Origin: an uncultured Gemmatimonadales bacterium
GTDB taxonomy: Bacteria > Gemmatimonadota > Gemmatimonadetes > Longimicrobiales > RSA9
Assembly (NCBI GenBank): GCA_963783305.1
Contig: CAWAMW010000017.1
Location: 416,001 to 480,000 of the forward strand
DNA: 64,000 bases
Reading direction: 5' to 3'
A model generated the notes under the pieces. It was not told where the DNA came from, ran no database searches, and was given only the letters and a program-made list of their open reading frames with translations. Shown piece by piece: positions 9,353 to 21,470 of the stretch (position 1 is its first letter; each line of letters starts with the position of its first letter). A program made the translations under genes and the position numbers.

Positions 9353-10857
9353 GGATCGTGGACGATGGAGTGGCGAGGATGAGGCGGGGCGTGGTGGGAA
9401 TCGGGGCGCTGGCGGTGCTGGTTCCGACGTTGTCGTGGGCACAGGCGCCGGCGGAGCGGGACTCCGTGCGGCTGACGGTGGAGGGAGCCGTGGCCATGGC
9501 GCTGGAGCGGAGCGAGGAGGTGGCCACGGCGCGGAGTCGGGTGGCCGGCGCGAACGCGCAGTACCGGGTCGCGCGATCGGGGCTGTTGCCGCAGGTGAAC
9601 ACGCAGCTGGGGTACACGCGGACGCTGCGGTCGGTGTTCCAGGGTGCTGGCGGGGGCTTCACGCTCCCGGACAGTCTGCGTTTCGACCCGGACCCGACGG
9701 CGCCGCTGGAGGAGCGCGTGGCGTACCTCGAGGACCGGGTTCCGTCGGCTGCGTTTGGCGCGCTGGGGAGCCTGTTCAGCGACCTGCCGTTCGGGAACGA
9801 GCACACGTGGGTGGCGGGTCTGTCGGTGGCGCAGCCGGTATTCACGGGGGGGCGACTGCGCTCGGCGATCCAGCTGGCGGGTCACGCGGAGGACGCAGCG
9901 GCGGCGGCGTACGAGGAGGCGGCCGCCGACGTGGTGCTGCAGGTCCGGCAGGCGTACCGTGACGCGGCGCTGGCGCGGGAAGCGGCGCAGATCGTGGGCG
10001 CGAGCGTGGAGCTGGCGGCCGAGCATTTCGAGCAGGTGCAGCTGCGGCTCGATGCCGGCCGCGCGTCGGAGCTCGAAGCACTCCGGGCCGAGGTGGAGCT
10101 CCAGAACCTGCGGCCGCAGCTGGTGCAGGCGGGGAATGCGGTGGAGCTCGCGATGCTGAACCTGAAGAGGCTCACCAACATCCCGGTGGAGACGGAGGTA
10201 GTGCTGGTCACGCCGCTGGTTCCGGACGGGGACGACGACGCCCTCGCCCGGCAGCTCCCGCGGCTCGACGAGGCCGCGGCGCTCCTCGCCTCGCGGGCGG
10301 CGGTCCGCGCCGCGGCCGCACAGGTAGAAATGCGCGAGGAGCAGGTGGACATGGCGCGGGCGGCGTACTTCCCCTCCGTGTCGCTCACCGCCAACCTGTC
10401 GCGTCAGGCGTTCCCTGGGGGGTTCCAGTTCCCGTCGGCTGACGACTGGCGGGATGACTGGAACGTGGGCTTTGCGGTGCAGTGGCCGCTCTTCCAGGGG
10501 CTGCGTCGGGACGCGGAGGTGGACGCCGCGCGGTCGCAGGTCGAGGAGGCGCGGCACCAGCTCGATCAGCTCAAGGAGGGGGTGCGGATCGACTACGAGG
10601 CCGCCCTCGGCGAGCTGGAGCGGGCCCGAACGCAGATCGTGGCGGCGAGCCGCACGGTGGAGCAGGCGCGTCGGGTGTACGAGCTGACCGAGCTCCGGTT
10701 CGAGGAGGGGCTCGCGACGCAGCTGGACATCTCGGACGCGCGGCTGGGGCTCCAGCAGGCGCGGCTGAACGAAGTACAGGCGTATCACGACGCCCATGTG
10801 GCCCTGGCCCGCGCGGAGCGGGCGCTGGGGCTGGCGGTGGAGACGATCGAGCGATGA
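9349..10857 (+). CDS. TolC-family outer-membrane efflux protein
   Basis: Signal peptide, two OEP repeats (LLPQV..QPVFTGG; YFPSV..WPLFQG), RFEEGLATQLD; ATGA coupled to the upstream gene. Confidence 0.92.
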   Translation: MRIVDDGVARMRRGVVGIGALAVLVPTLSWAQAPAERDSVRLTVEGAVAMALERSEEVATARSRVAGANAQYRVARSGLLPQVNTQLGYTRTLRSVFQGAGGGFTLPDSLRFDPDPTAPLEERVAYLEDRVPSAAFGALGSLFSDLPFGNEHTWVAGLSVAQPVFTGGRLRSAIQLAGHAEDAAAAAYEEAAADVVLQVRQAYRDAALAREAAQIVGASVELAAEHFEQVQLRLDAGRASELEALRAEVELQNLRPQLVQAGNAVELAMLNLKRLTNIPVETEVVLVTPLVPDGDDDALARQLPRLDEAAALLASRAAVRAAAAQVEMREEQVDMARAAYFPSVSLTANLSRQAFPGGFQFPSADDWRDDWNVGFAVQWPLFQGLRRDAEVDAARSQVEEARHQLDQLKEGVRIDYEAALGELERARTQIVAASRTVEQARRVYELTELRFEEGLATQLDISDARLGLQQARLNEVQAYHDAHVALARAERALGLAVETIER

Positions 10858-12023
10858 ACGGCGAGTCGATGAAACGGGATGGGAACGGGATGACGGTGAG
10901 ATCGAAGGGAGTGGCGATCGCGGCGGCCCTGGTGCTGGCACTGGGTGCGTGCGGCGGCGGCGAGGAGGCGGAGGTCGACGCCAGCGACGAGGCCGGGGTG
11001 GTGGTGCTCGGGGCGGATGATGTGGCTGAAGCGCGCCTGGATACGCTGAATGCGGGCATCGTGGTATCGGGGAACCTCGACCCGTACCTGCGGGTCGAGG
11101 TGCGGGCGCAGGTCCCCGGGGTGGTGACCCGGCTGGCCGTGGACCGTGGTGATGCGGTCCGCGAGGGTCAGGCGCTGGCCCGGATCGAGGCGGAGGGGAT
11201 CCGGGGTCAGGCGGCCAGTGCCCGGGCCGGGGTGGCGGCGGCGCGGGCGCAGCTTGCGCTGGCGCGAAGGCAGCTCGACTCCTCGCGGCGCATGTACGAA
11301 GCGGGAGCCATGTCGGAGATCGAGTATCAGCAGGCGGAGGCTGGGTACGAAGCGGCGCAGGCGCAGGTGGCGGCCGCCGAGGCGCAGGCGCTGGGGGCGG
11401 GCGAGAGCGCACGCCGCGCCACGGTCGAGGCCCCCATCACGGGTGTGGTGAGCGACCGGATGGTGAGCGATGGCGAGGCGGTCAATCCTGCGCAGCCGCT
11501 CCTGACGATCGTGAACACGAGTCAGCTCGAGCTGGCTGGCCGTGTGGGGGTGGAGGAGGCCGCCCACATCCGGCCGGGCATGCCGGTGGAGTTCACCGTG
11601 GACGCCTACCCGGGGCGGGTCTTCCAGGGTGCGGTCGCCCGGGTGGACCCCACCGCCGACCCCGCCTCCCGCCAGGTAGGGGTGTACGTGCGCCTGCCCA
11701 ACGAGGGTGGCGCGCTGGTGGGTGGGGTGTTCGGAACGGGCCGGATCCTGACGGGCGGACGGGATGCCGTCCTGACGGTTCCAACCGGTGCGATCCGCGG
11801 CTCGAGCGATGAGCCGTACGTGTTCGTGGTCGAGGATGGCCGGATCGCACGGCGTCCCGTGCGCCTCGGCGCCCGGAGCGAGGCGCGGGGTCAGGTGGCG
11901 GTGATGGACGGCCTGGAGCCGGGGTCGATCGTGGTCGTGTCGCCCGGTCAGGTCTCGGAGGGCACGGCGGTCCGGATGCGTGAGTCGGAGCGGCCGGGGC
12001 TGGTGGCGGAGGAGGAGCGGTAG
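10854..12023 (+). CDS. RND efflux periplasmic adaptor (membrane fusion protein), lipoprotein
   Basis: LGAC lipobox, VDRGDAVREGQAL lipoyl half-motif, coiled coil, APITGVV, VDPTADPASR. Confidence 0.92.
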   Translation: MNGESMKRDGNGMTVRSKGVAIAAALVLALGACGGGEEAEVDASDEAGVVVLGADDVAEARLDTLNAGIVVSGNLDPYLRVEVRAQVPGVVTRLAVDRGDAVREGQALARIEAEGIRGQAASARAGVAAARAQLALARRQLDSSRRMYEAGAMSEIEYQQAEAGYEAAQAQVAAAEAQALGAGESARRATVEAPITGVVSDRMVSDGEAVNPAQPLLTIVNTSQLELAGRVGVEEAAHIRPGMPVEFTVDAYPGRVFQGAVARVDPTADPASRQVGVYVRLPNEGGALVGGVFGTGRILTGGRDAVLTVPTGAIRGSSDEPYVFVVEDGRIARRPVRLGARSEARGQVAVMDGLEPGSIVVVSPGQVSEGTAVRMRESERPGLVAEEER

Positions 12024-12024
12024 C

Positions 12025-15276
<3,252 letters not shown>

Positions 15277-15298
15277 TGGCCTCGCGCGGGAGGCGGCC

Positions 15299-16075
15299 AT
15301 GACGACCAGGGGACTGGCGCGGGTCGGACGCGAGGCCGACTCCTTCCTCACGCACGTCGGCCAGATGGCGCAGCTGGTCGCCAGCATCGCGTCGGCTACG
15401 GTGCGCGGCGCCGTCCCCCTCCGCGCGGTCCTCCACCAGATGTACTGGATCGGCGTGGGGAGCCTGCCCATCGTGCTGGTGACCGCCGTACTCGCGGGGA
15501 TCGTGACCTCGCAGCAGGGCGGCTACCAGTTCACGGGCGCCGTTCCGCTCCACGTCCTGGGCAGCGTGGTCACCTCCAGCGTGGTCCTCGAGCTGGGGCC
15601 GGTCCTCACCGCGGTGGTGCTCATCGGTCGTGTGGGCGCCCGGATCACCGCCGAATTCGGAACCATGAAGGTATCCGAGCAGATCGACGCCATGTACGCC
15701 CTCGGTCGGGACCCGGTGCGAGAGCTGGCGGCGCCACGGGTCCTCGCCGCCATCATCACCGTGCCGCTGCTGGTCGGAATCGCCGACGCGGTGGGCATTT
15801 TCTCCGGGATGATCGCCGCCCAGGCCACCGTAGGGCTCGGGGCCGAGTCCTTCTTCTACGGCGCGCGCCTCTACTGGCACAGCTGGGACCTCTTCTACTC
15901 CCTCATGAAGGCGGTCGTGTTCGGCTTCGCGATACCGGTCATCGCCACGCACATGGGCTTCCAGACCCGCGGCGGCGCCGAGGGCGTGGGTCGCGCCACC
16001 ACCACCGCGGTGATGGTCATGACCCTCTCGATCCTGATCCTCGACGCGCTCTTCCCGCCCCTGCTCCTGGACTGA
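15299..16075 (+). CDS. mlaE: MlaE-family ABC permease
   Basis: LELGPVLTA, GRVGARITAEFGTMKVSEQIDA, GAEGVGRATT. Confidence 0.92.
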   Translation: MTTRGLARVGREADSFLTHVGQMAQLVASIASATVRGAVPLRAVLHQMYWIGVGSLPIVLVTAVLAGIVTSQQGGYQFTGAVPLHVLGSVVTSSVVLELGPVLTAVVLIGRVGARITAEFGTMKVSEQIDAMYALGRDPVRELAAPRVLAAIITVPLLVGIADAVGIFSGMIAAQATVGLGAESFFYGARLYWHSWDLFYSLMKAVVFGFAIPVIATHMGFQTRGGAEGVGRATTTAVMVMTLSILILDALFPPLLLD

Positions 16076-16077
16076 CC

Positions 16078-16845
16078 ATGATCCGGTACCGCAACGTGTG
16101 GAAACGCTACGAGCACCCGGTCCTCACCGGCGTGGACCTCGACGTCTCGACCGGCGAGATCCTCTCGATCGTGGGGCCGTCGGGGACGGGCAAGAGCGTT
16201 CTGCTCAAGACCACCATCGGCCTCGTGAATCCGGACCGCGGCGAGGTCGTCATCGATGGGGAGTGCGTCCCGGCTCACGAGCCCGAGTCCCTGGGACGGC
16301 TGCGGAGGAAGGCGGCATACGTCTTCCAGCACGCAGCGCTCTTCGACTCGCTGAACGTGTTCGAGAACGTGCTCTACGGACTGCCGAAGGACCGTGTGGC
16401 CACGATGAGACGACGGGAGCAGGCCCGCCGCGTGGGTGAGGCGCTGGAGCATGTGAACCTCGAGCCGCTCGAGGTCATGACGCGGCTTCCTGCCGAGCTC
16501 TCCGGCGGCATGAAGAAGCGCGTCGGGATCGCCCGGGCCATCATCGCCGAGCCGTGTATCCTTCTCTACGACGAGCCCGTTACCGGACTGGACCCGGTGA
16601 ACTCGGACGTGATCCACGAGCTGATCGCCCGCCTCGCCGATGAGATGGACGCCACGTCGATCCTGGTCACGCACGACGTGGAGGGCGCACTGGCGATCTC
16701 CGACCACGTGGCACTTCTGACCGATGGCCGCGTCCGGTTCAAGGGCACCCCCACCGAGTTCAAGTACAGTGATGACCCGCTGGTGCGGGCGTTTACCCAG
16801 CGCCGCATCGCCGGAACGCAAGAGAGGGAGGTGGAGGTCCCATGA
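16078..16845 (+). CDS. mlaF: MlaF-family ABC ATPase
   Basis: GPSGTGKS, FQHAALFDSLNVFENV, LSGGMKKRVGIARA, YDEPVTGLDP. Confidence 0.92.
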   Translation: MIRYRNVWKRYEHPVLTGVDLDVSTGEILSIVGPSGTGKSVLLKTTIGLVNPDRGEVVIDGECVPAHEPESLGRLRRKAAYVFQHAALFDSLNVFENVLYGLPKDRVATMRRREQARRVGEALEHVNLEPLEVMTRLPAELSGGMKKRVGIARAIIAEPCILLYDEPVTGLDPVNSDVIHELIARLADEMDATSILVTHDVEGALAISDHVALLTDGRVRFKGTPTEFKYSDDPLVRAFTQRRIAGTQEREVEVP

Positions 16846-17804
16846 GGTCTCCGGACGAAGACCGACAGGATAGGGAACGCGACACGGCGACAGAGCGGGA
16901 GACGGAGTGGCTGGAGTCGCTGCCCACCCGCAAGCGAGGCCGCGAGGCGTGGGTGGGACTGTTCGTGGTGGCGGCCATCCTGGCCACGCTCACCGCCCTG
17001 TTCACCCTCACCGACGCCAGCCTCTTCCGGGGCCGCTACGAGACGCTGGTCCGGGTGGACCAGGCCAGCGGGATCCGGCGCGGCGATCCGGTGCAGCTGC
17101 GCGGCGTGAACATCGGACGGGTCAAGAACTTCACCATTGAGGATGACGGCGTGCTGATCCGGCTGGAGATCGAGGGCGAGTACCCGATCCCCGAGGACTC
17201 CCGGGTACAGCTGGTCTCCGGCAGCCTCCTGGGCGGCATGTCCGCCCACGTCATCCCTGGAAACGCCGAGGAGCGAGCCGGGCGGGACGACGTGCTCGTG
17301 GGCACGGTCGCCGGCGGGATGATGGACACGGCGGCGGACCTGGGCGGCGACGCCCAGCTCGTGCTCCGGCGAATGCAGGCATTGCTGGACCCGGGTACGG
17401 TGGACGCCGTGGGCGCCGGGGCCGTGGAGCTGCGCGACCTCCTGACGGAGCTGTCGGCGCTGGCCGGGGAGGAGCGGGAGTCGCTGCGGGCCCTCACCGC
17501 GAGCCTCCGTCGGTCGGCGGAGGGGATCGAGGGCGCCACCACAGGCCCGGAGCTGGAGCGGGTCATCGCGCAGCTCGATGCCATGAGTGCCGATGCCGCG
17601 GAGACGGCCGCCGCATCGAGTCGCGCCGCACGCTCGCTCGAGACCGTCCTCGGGCGGCTGGAGCGCGGGGAAGGCACGCTCGGCCGGCTCTCCACCGATC
17701 CCGCCCTCTACGACGACCTCCAGTCGGCGGCCGCCGGAATCAACGCGCTGGTGGAGGACATCCGCGCCAACCCCAAGCGCTACATCAATCTGCGGGTGTT
17801 CTGA
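16842..17804 (+). CDS. mlaD: MlaD/MCE-family substrate-binding protein with helical extension
   Basis: EAWVGLFV TM, ASGIRRGDPVQLRGVNIGRV MCE motif, GEGTLGRL..D.ALY, DIRANPKRY. Confidence 0.9.
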   Translation: MRSPDEDRQDRERDTATERETEWLESLPTRKRGREAWVGLFVVAAILATLTALFTLTDASLFRGRYETLVRVDQASGIRRGDPVQLRGVNIGRVKNFTIEDDGVLIRLEIEGEYPIPEDSRVQLVSGSLLGGMSAHVIPGNAEERAGRDDVLVGTVAGGMMDTAADLGGDAQLVLRRMQALLDPGTVDAVGAGAVELRDLLTELSALAGEERESLRALTASLRRSAEGIEGATTGPELERVIAQLDAMSADAAETAAASSRAARSLETVLGRLERGEGTLGRLSTDPALYDDLQSAAAGINALVEDIRANPKRYINLRVF

Positions 17805-17975
17805 GCAGGGGCGGGCCCCCGCATCAGAGGGGCCTGACCGGCCCGGCCTCCGGGAGTTCCGCGCGGTTCCGTAATTTCGCGGTGGATCGCCTGCTCCGGA
17901 GCGCCTTGTGGGGGCCACGATCCCTGCCTATCGTCCCGGGACGCAACACGTCGTACCCCTTTACACGAGTCCATA

Positions 17976-20186
17976 ATGTCCATTCATCGCCTGGTCCCTG
18001 CCGCTGCCGCCCTCCTGGTCGTATCGGGGTGCGCCGCGCATCATCCACCCGACGCCGAGCCCATGCAGAACTCCTCAGCCGCGCCGTCCTCCCCGGCGCT
18101 CCCCACACCCGCCGCCGCACCGGCCGACAACCCGCTCCTGGCGGAGTGGACCGGTCCCTATGGCGGCGTGCCGGCGTTCGACGCCATGGACCTGGCGGAC
18201 CTTCCGGCCGCCATCGAGACGTCCATGGCGATCCAGCTCGCCGAGATCGACGCCATCGCCTCTGATCCCGAGCCGGCCACGTTCGAGAACACCATCGTGC
18301 CGCTGGAGCGGGCGGGGCGGGACATGGACCGGGTCATGACCTATTACGGGATCTGGAGCTCGAACCGATCCTCGCCCGAGTTCCGTGCCATCCAGGGGGA
18401 GTTCGCACCAAAGCTCTCCGAGCACTACAGCCGCATCACCCAGAACGACGCCCTCTTCCGCCGCGTGAAGGCGGTGTACGAGGGCGACGAGATGGCGACG
18501 CTCAGGCCGGATCAGCGCCGGGTCGCCCAGCTCACGTATGACGGCTTCGCGCGGAACGGCGCCACGTTGACCGGCGCGGCGAAAGCGCGCTACGCCGCCA
18601 TCAACGAGCGGCTCGCGGAGTTGCACACGGCCTTCGCCAACAACGTCCTGGCCGACGAGGAGGGGTACGTCACCTTCATCACGGAGGATCAGGTCGGCGG
18701 GCTGCCGCAGTCCTTCGTCCGGGCGGCGGCGGCCGCGGCGGCGGAGCGAGGCCGTCCCGGTGAGTACGCCATCACCAACACCCGCTCCTCCATGGACCCC
18801 TTCCTCACCTTCTCCGAGGAGCGCGGACTGCGCGAGGAAGTCTGGCGCACCTACTACTCCCGCGGCGACAACGGCGACGCGCACGACAACAACGCCATCA
18901 TCGCCGAGATCCTGAAGCTGCGCGATGAGCGCGTCGCCCTCCTGGGTTACGACAACTACGCCAGCTGGCGCCTCGAGGACCGCATGGCGAAGACGCCCGA
19001 GCGCGCCTTCGACCTCATGGAGGCCGTCTGGCCCGCCGCCATCGCCCGCGTCGAAGAGGAGGTGGCCGACATGCAGGCCATCGCCGACGCCGATAACGCC
19101 GGCATCACCATCGAGCCGTGGGACTACCGCTTCTACGCCGAGAAGGTGCGGCAGTCGAAGTACGACCTCGACTCCGATCAGGTGAAGCAGTACCTCCAGC
19201 TCGCCAACCTCCGCGACGCCATGTTCTTCGTGGCCGGGGAGCTGTTCGGCTTCGAGTTCTCGCCCGTCCCCGACGGCACGGTCCCCGTCTTCCATCCCGA
19301 TGTGGAGGTCTTCGAGGTCACCGACCGCGCCACCGGCGAGCCCATCGGGGTCTGGTACCTCGACGCCTACGCCCGCACCGGCAAGCGCTCCGGCGCCTGG
19401 GCCACCACCTACCGCAGCCACGAGACGTTCGACGGCCAGCGCACGGTTCTGGGGTCGAACAATTCGAACTTCATCAAGGGCAGCCCCGGCGAGCCCGTCC
19501 TCATCTCATGGGACGACGCCACCACCCTCTTCCACGAGTTCGGCCACGCCCTTCACTACTTCTCGTCCAACGTCGCGTACCCCACGCTGAACGGCGGTGT
19601 GCGCGACTACACCGAGTTCCAGTCGCAGCTCCTGGAGCGCTGGCTGCTCACGGACCCCGTGATCGACAACTACCTGGTCCACTACCAGACCGGCGAGCCC
19701 ATGCCCGACGAGCTCGTGGCGAAGATCCGGAACGCCGCCACCTTCAACCAGGGCTTCGACACCACCGAGTACCTGGCCTCCGCGCTGGTGGACATGAAGT
19801 ACCACACCGCGGATCCCGCCGGCATCGACCCGGACGCCTTCGAGCGCCAGGCCCTCGCCGAGCTCGACATGCCCGACGAGCTCGTCATGCGCCACCGCAG
19901 CCCCCAGTTCGGCCACATCTTCAGCGGCGAGGGCTATTCCGCCGGCTATTACGGCTACATGTGGGCCGACGTGCTCACCGCCGACGCGGCCGAGGCCTTC
20001 CGGGAAGCGCCCGGGGGGTTCTACGACAAGGCGCTCGCGAAGAAGCTCGTGGAGCACCTCTTCGCGCCCCGCAACTCCGTGGACCCGGCGGAAGCCTACC
20101 GCGCGTTCCGGGGACGCGATGCCCGCATGGAAGCGCTCATGCGGGACCGGGGCTTCCCGGTGCCCGCGCCGGAGCCGGAGGACTGA
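17976..20186 (+). CDS. dcp: M3-family metallopeptidase (peptidyl-dipeptidase Dcp-like), lipoprotein
   Basis: VSGC lipobox, GKRSGAW, TLFHEFGHALH, EFQSQLLE, HIFSGEGYSAGYYGYMW. Confidence 0.92.
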   Translation: MSIHRLVPAAAALLVVSGCAAHHPPDAEPMQNSSAAPSSPALPTPAAAPADNPLLAEWTGPYGGVPAFDAMDLADLPAAIETSMAIQLAEIDAIASDPEPATFENTIVPLERAGRDMDRVMTYYGIWSSNRSSPEFRAIQGEFAPKLSEHYSRITQNDALFRRVKAVYEGDEMATLRPDQRRVAQLTYDGFARNGATLTGAAKARYAAINERLAELHTAFANNVLADEEGYVTFITEDQVGGLPQSFVRAAAAAAAERGRPGEYAITNTRSSMDPFLTFSEERGLREEVWRTYYSRGDNGDAHDNNAIIAEILKLRDERVALLGYDNYASWRLEDRMAKTPERAFDLMEAVWPAAIARVEEEVADMQAIADADNAGITIEPWDYRFYAEKVRQSKYDLDSDQVKQYLQLANLRDAMFFVAGELFGFEFSPVPDGTVPVFHPDVEVFEVTDRATGEPIGVWYLDAYARTGKRSGAWATTYRSHETFDGQRTVLGSNNSNFIKGSPGEPVLISWDDATTLFHEFGHALHYFSSNVAYPTLNGGVRDYTEFQSQLLERWLLTDPVIDNYLVHYQTGEPMPDELVAKIRNAATFNQGFDTTEYLASALVDMKYHTADPAGIDPDAFERQALAELDMPDELVMRHRSPQFGHIFSGEGYSAGYYGYMWADVLTADAAEAFREAPGGFYDKALAKKLVEHLFAPRNSVDPAEAYRAFRGRDARMEALMRDRGFPVPAPEPED

Positions 20187-20204
20187 CGGTCGAGCGGCGG
20201 ACGA

Positions 20205-20633
20205 TCAGGGGCTGACGGCGATCGCGCTCAGCTCCACACGGATGCCGCGGAGGTCGGCGCCCACCACCGTGCGGGACGGCCAGGGCGCCGGCATCACCTC
20301 CCGGTACACCGCGTCGAAGCCGTCCCAGTCGGCCACGTCCTGGAGGTAGATCGTCATGGCGACCACGTCCTCCAGACCCGCGCCCGCGCTGGCGAGCACC
20401 GTCCGCAGGTTCTCCAGCACCGCCCGCGTCTGGCTCGCCAGGTCGTCGCCCGCCAGCTCGCCCGTGCGCAGGTCCCGCGGCACCTGGCCCGAGAGGAACA
20501 GCAGGCCGGCCGCCCGCGCGCCCCGGGAGTAGGCGCCCGTCGCGCGCGGCAGGTCATCACTCAGCTCGATGGGAGTCCAGCTTGGCGCCCGCCCGCCGGG
20601 CGTGGCGCTTTCGGTGGCTGACTTCTCGTTCAT
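20205..20633 (-). CDS. RidA/YjgF/UK114 family protein
   Basis: GAYSRG, LFLSGQVP, PWPSRTVV, RVELSAIA; AGGAG RBS. Confidence 0.9.
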   Translation of the reverse strand: MNEKSATESATPGGRAPSWTPIELSDDLPRATGAYSRGARAAGLLFLSGQVPRDLRTGELAGDDLASQTRAVLENLRTVLASAGAGLEDVVAMTIYLQDVADWDGFDAVYREVMPAPWPSRTVVGADLRGIRVELSAIAVSP

Positions 20634-20753
20634 GGCTATTCTCCTGGCTCTCGTTTCGCGCAACATGCGGCCGCGCCCGCGCCGTCACAACCAGCGGCTC
20701 CCGCGCCGGGCCGCGGGGTTCCGGCGATGGAACGTCCCGATTATCGTCCAGCC

Positions 20754-21248
20754 ATGATCCAGATACCGATACGTACCGACAGAGCGCACCGGATGGCGCT
20801 GCGCGCGCTGCTGACCCTCGCCCCGGTTGCGCTGCTCGCCGGCTGCGGCGATGACCCCACCGCGGTCGACGTGCGCGACGTGACGTTCGCCCCCGAGCTC
20901 GGGATCGACCTCGACGCCATGACCCGCACCCCCCAGGGGCTCTACTTCCGCGACGTGGAGCCGGGTGAGGGACCCCCCGCCGAGCCGGGCGCGCGCCTCG
21001 ACGTCTACTATCAGGGCTGGCTTCCCGACGGCACGCGATTCGACGCCCGCCGACCCCCCGCCGATCCGTTCTCCTTCGTCCTGGGCGCCGGCAGGGTCAT
21101 CGAGGGCTGGGACCGCGGCGTGGAGGGCATGCGACCCGGCGGCGTACGACTCCTGGTGATCCCGCCGTCCCTCGGCTACGGCGACGCCCGCAACGGCCCT
21201 ATCCCCGCCAACTCGGTCCTGGTCTTCGAGGTCGAGCGGGCGCCGTAG
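20754..21248 (+). CDS. FKBP-type peptidyl-prolyl isomerase, lipoprotein
   Basis: LAGC lipobox, VIEGWDRGVEGM, LVIPPSLGYG, IPANSVLVFEVE; start uncertain (20754 or 20793). Confidence 0.9.
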   Translation: MIQIPIRTDRAHRMALRALLTLAPVALLAGCGDDPTAVDVRDVTFAPELGIDLDAMTRTPQGLYFRDVEPGEGPPAEPGARLDVYYQGWLPDGTRFDARRPPADPFSFVLGAGRVIEGWDRGVEGMRPGGVRLLVIPPSLGYGDARNGPIPANSVLVFEVERAP

Positions 21249-21470
21249 CCGAAGGGCGGCGGGGGTCAGAACACCGAGCCGTCGGGCGCGCCGGGCTGTT
21301 CGGAACGGGACACACGACGCCCGCTCATGGGACGTCCGCCCCGCCCCAGCCGGCAGTTGTGCTCGCTCCAAGCGATTGACGCCCAACGGATTACCGCCTT
21401 ATACGCTGCGTAGCACGGGCATTGCCTCGTTCGGTACGCATGGCATCCCCCCCGCGGAAGACCGAACTCG

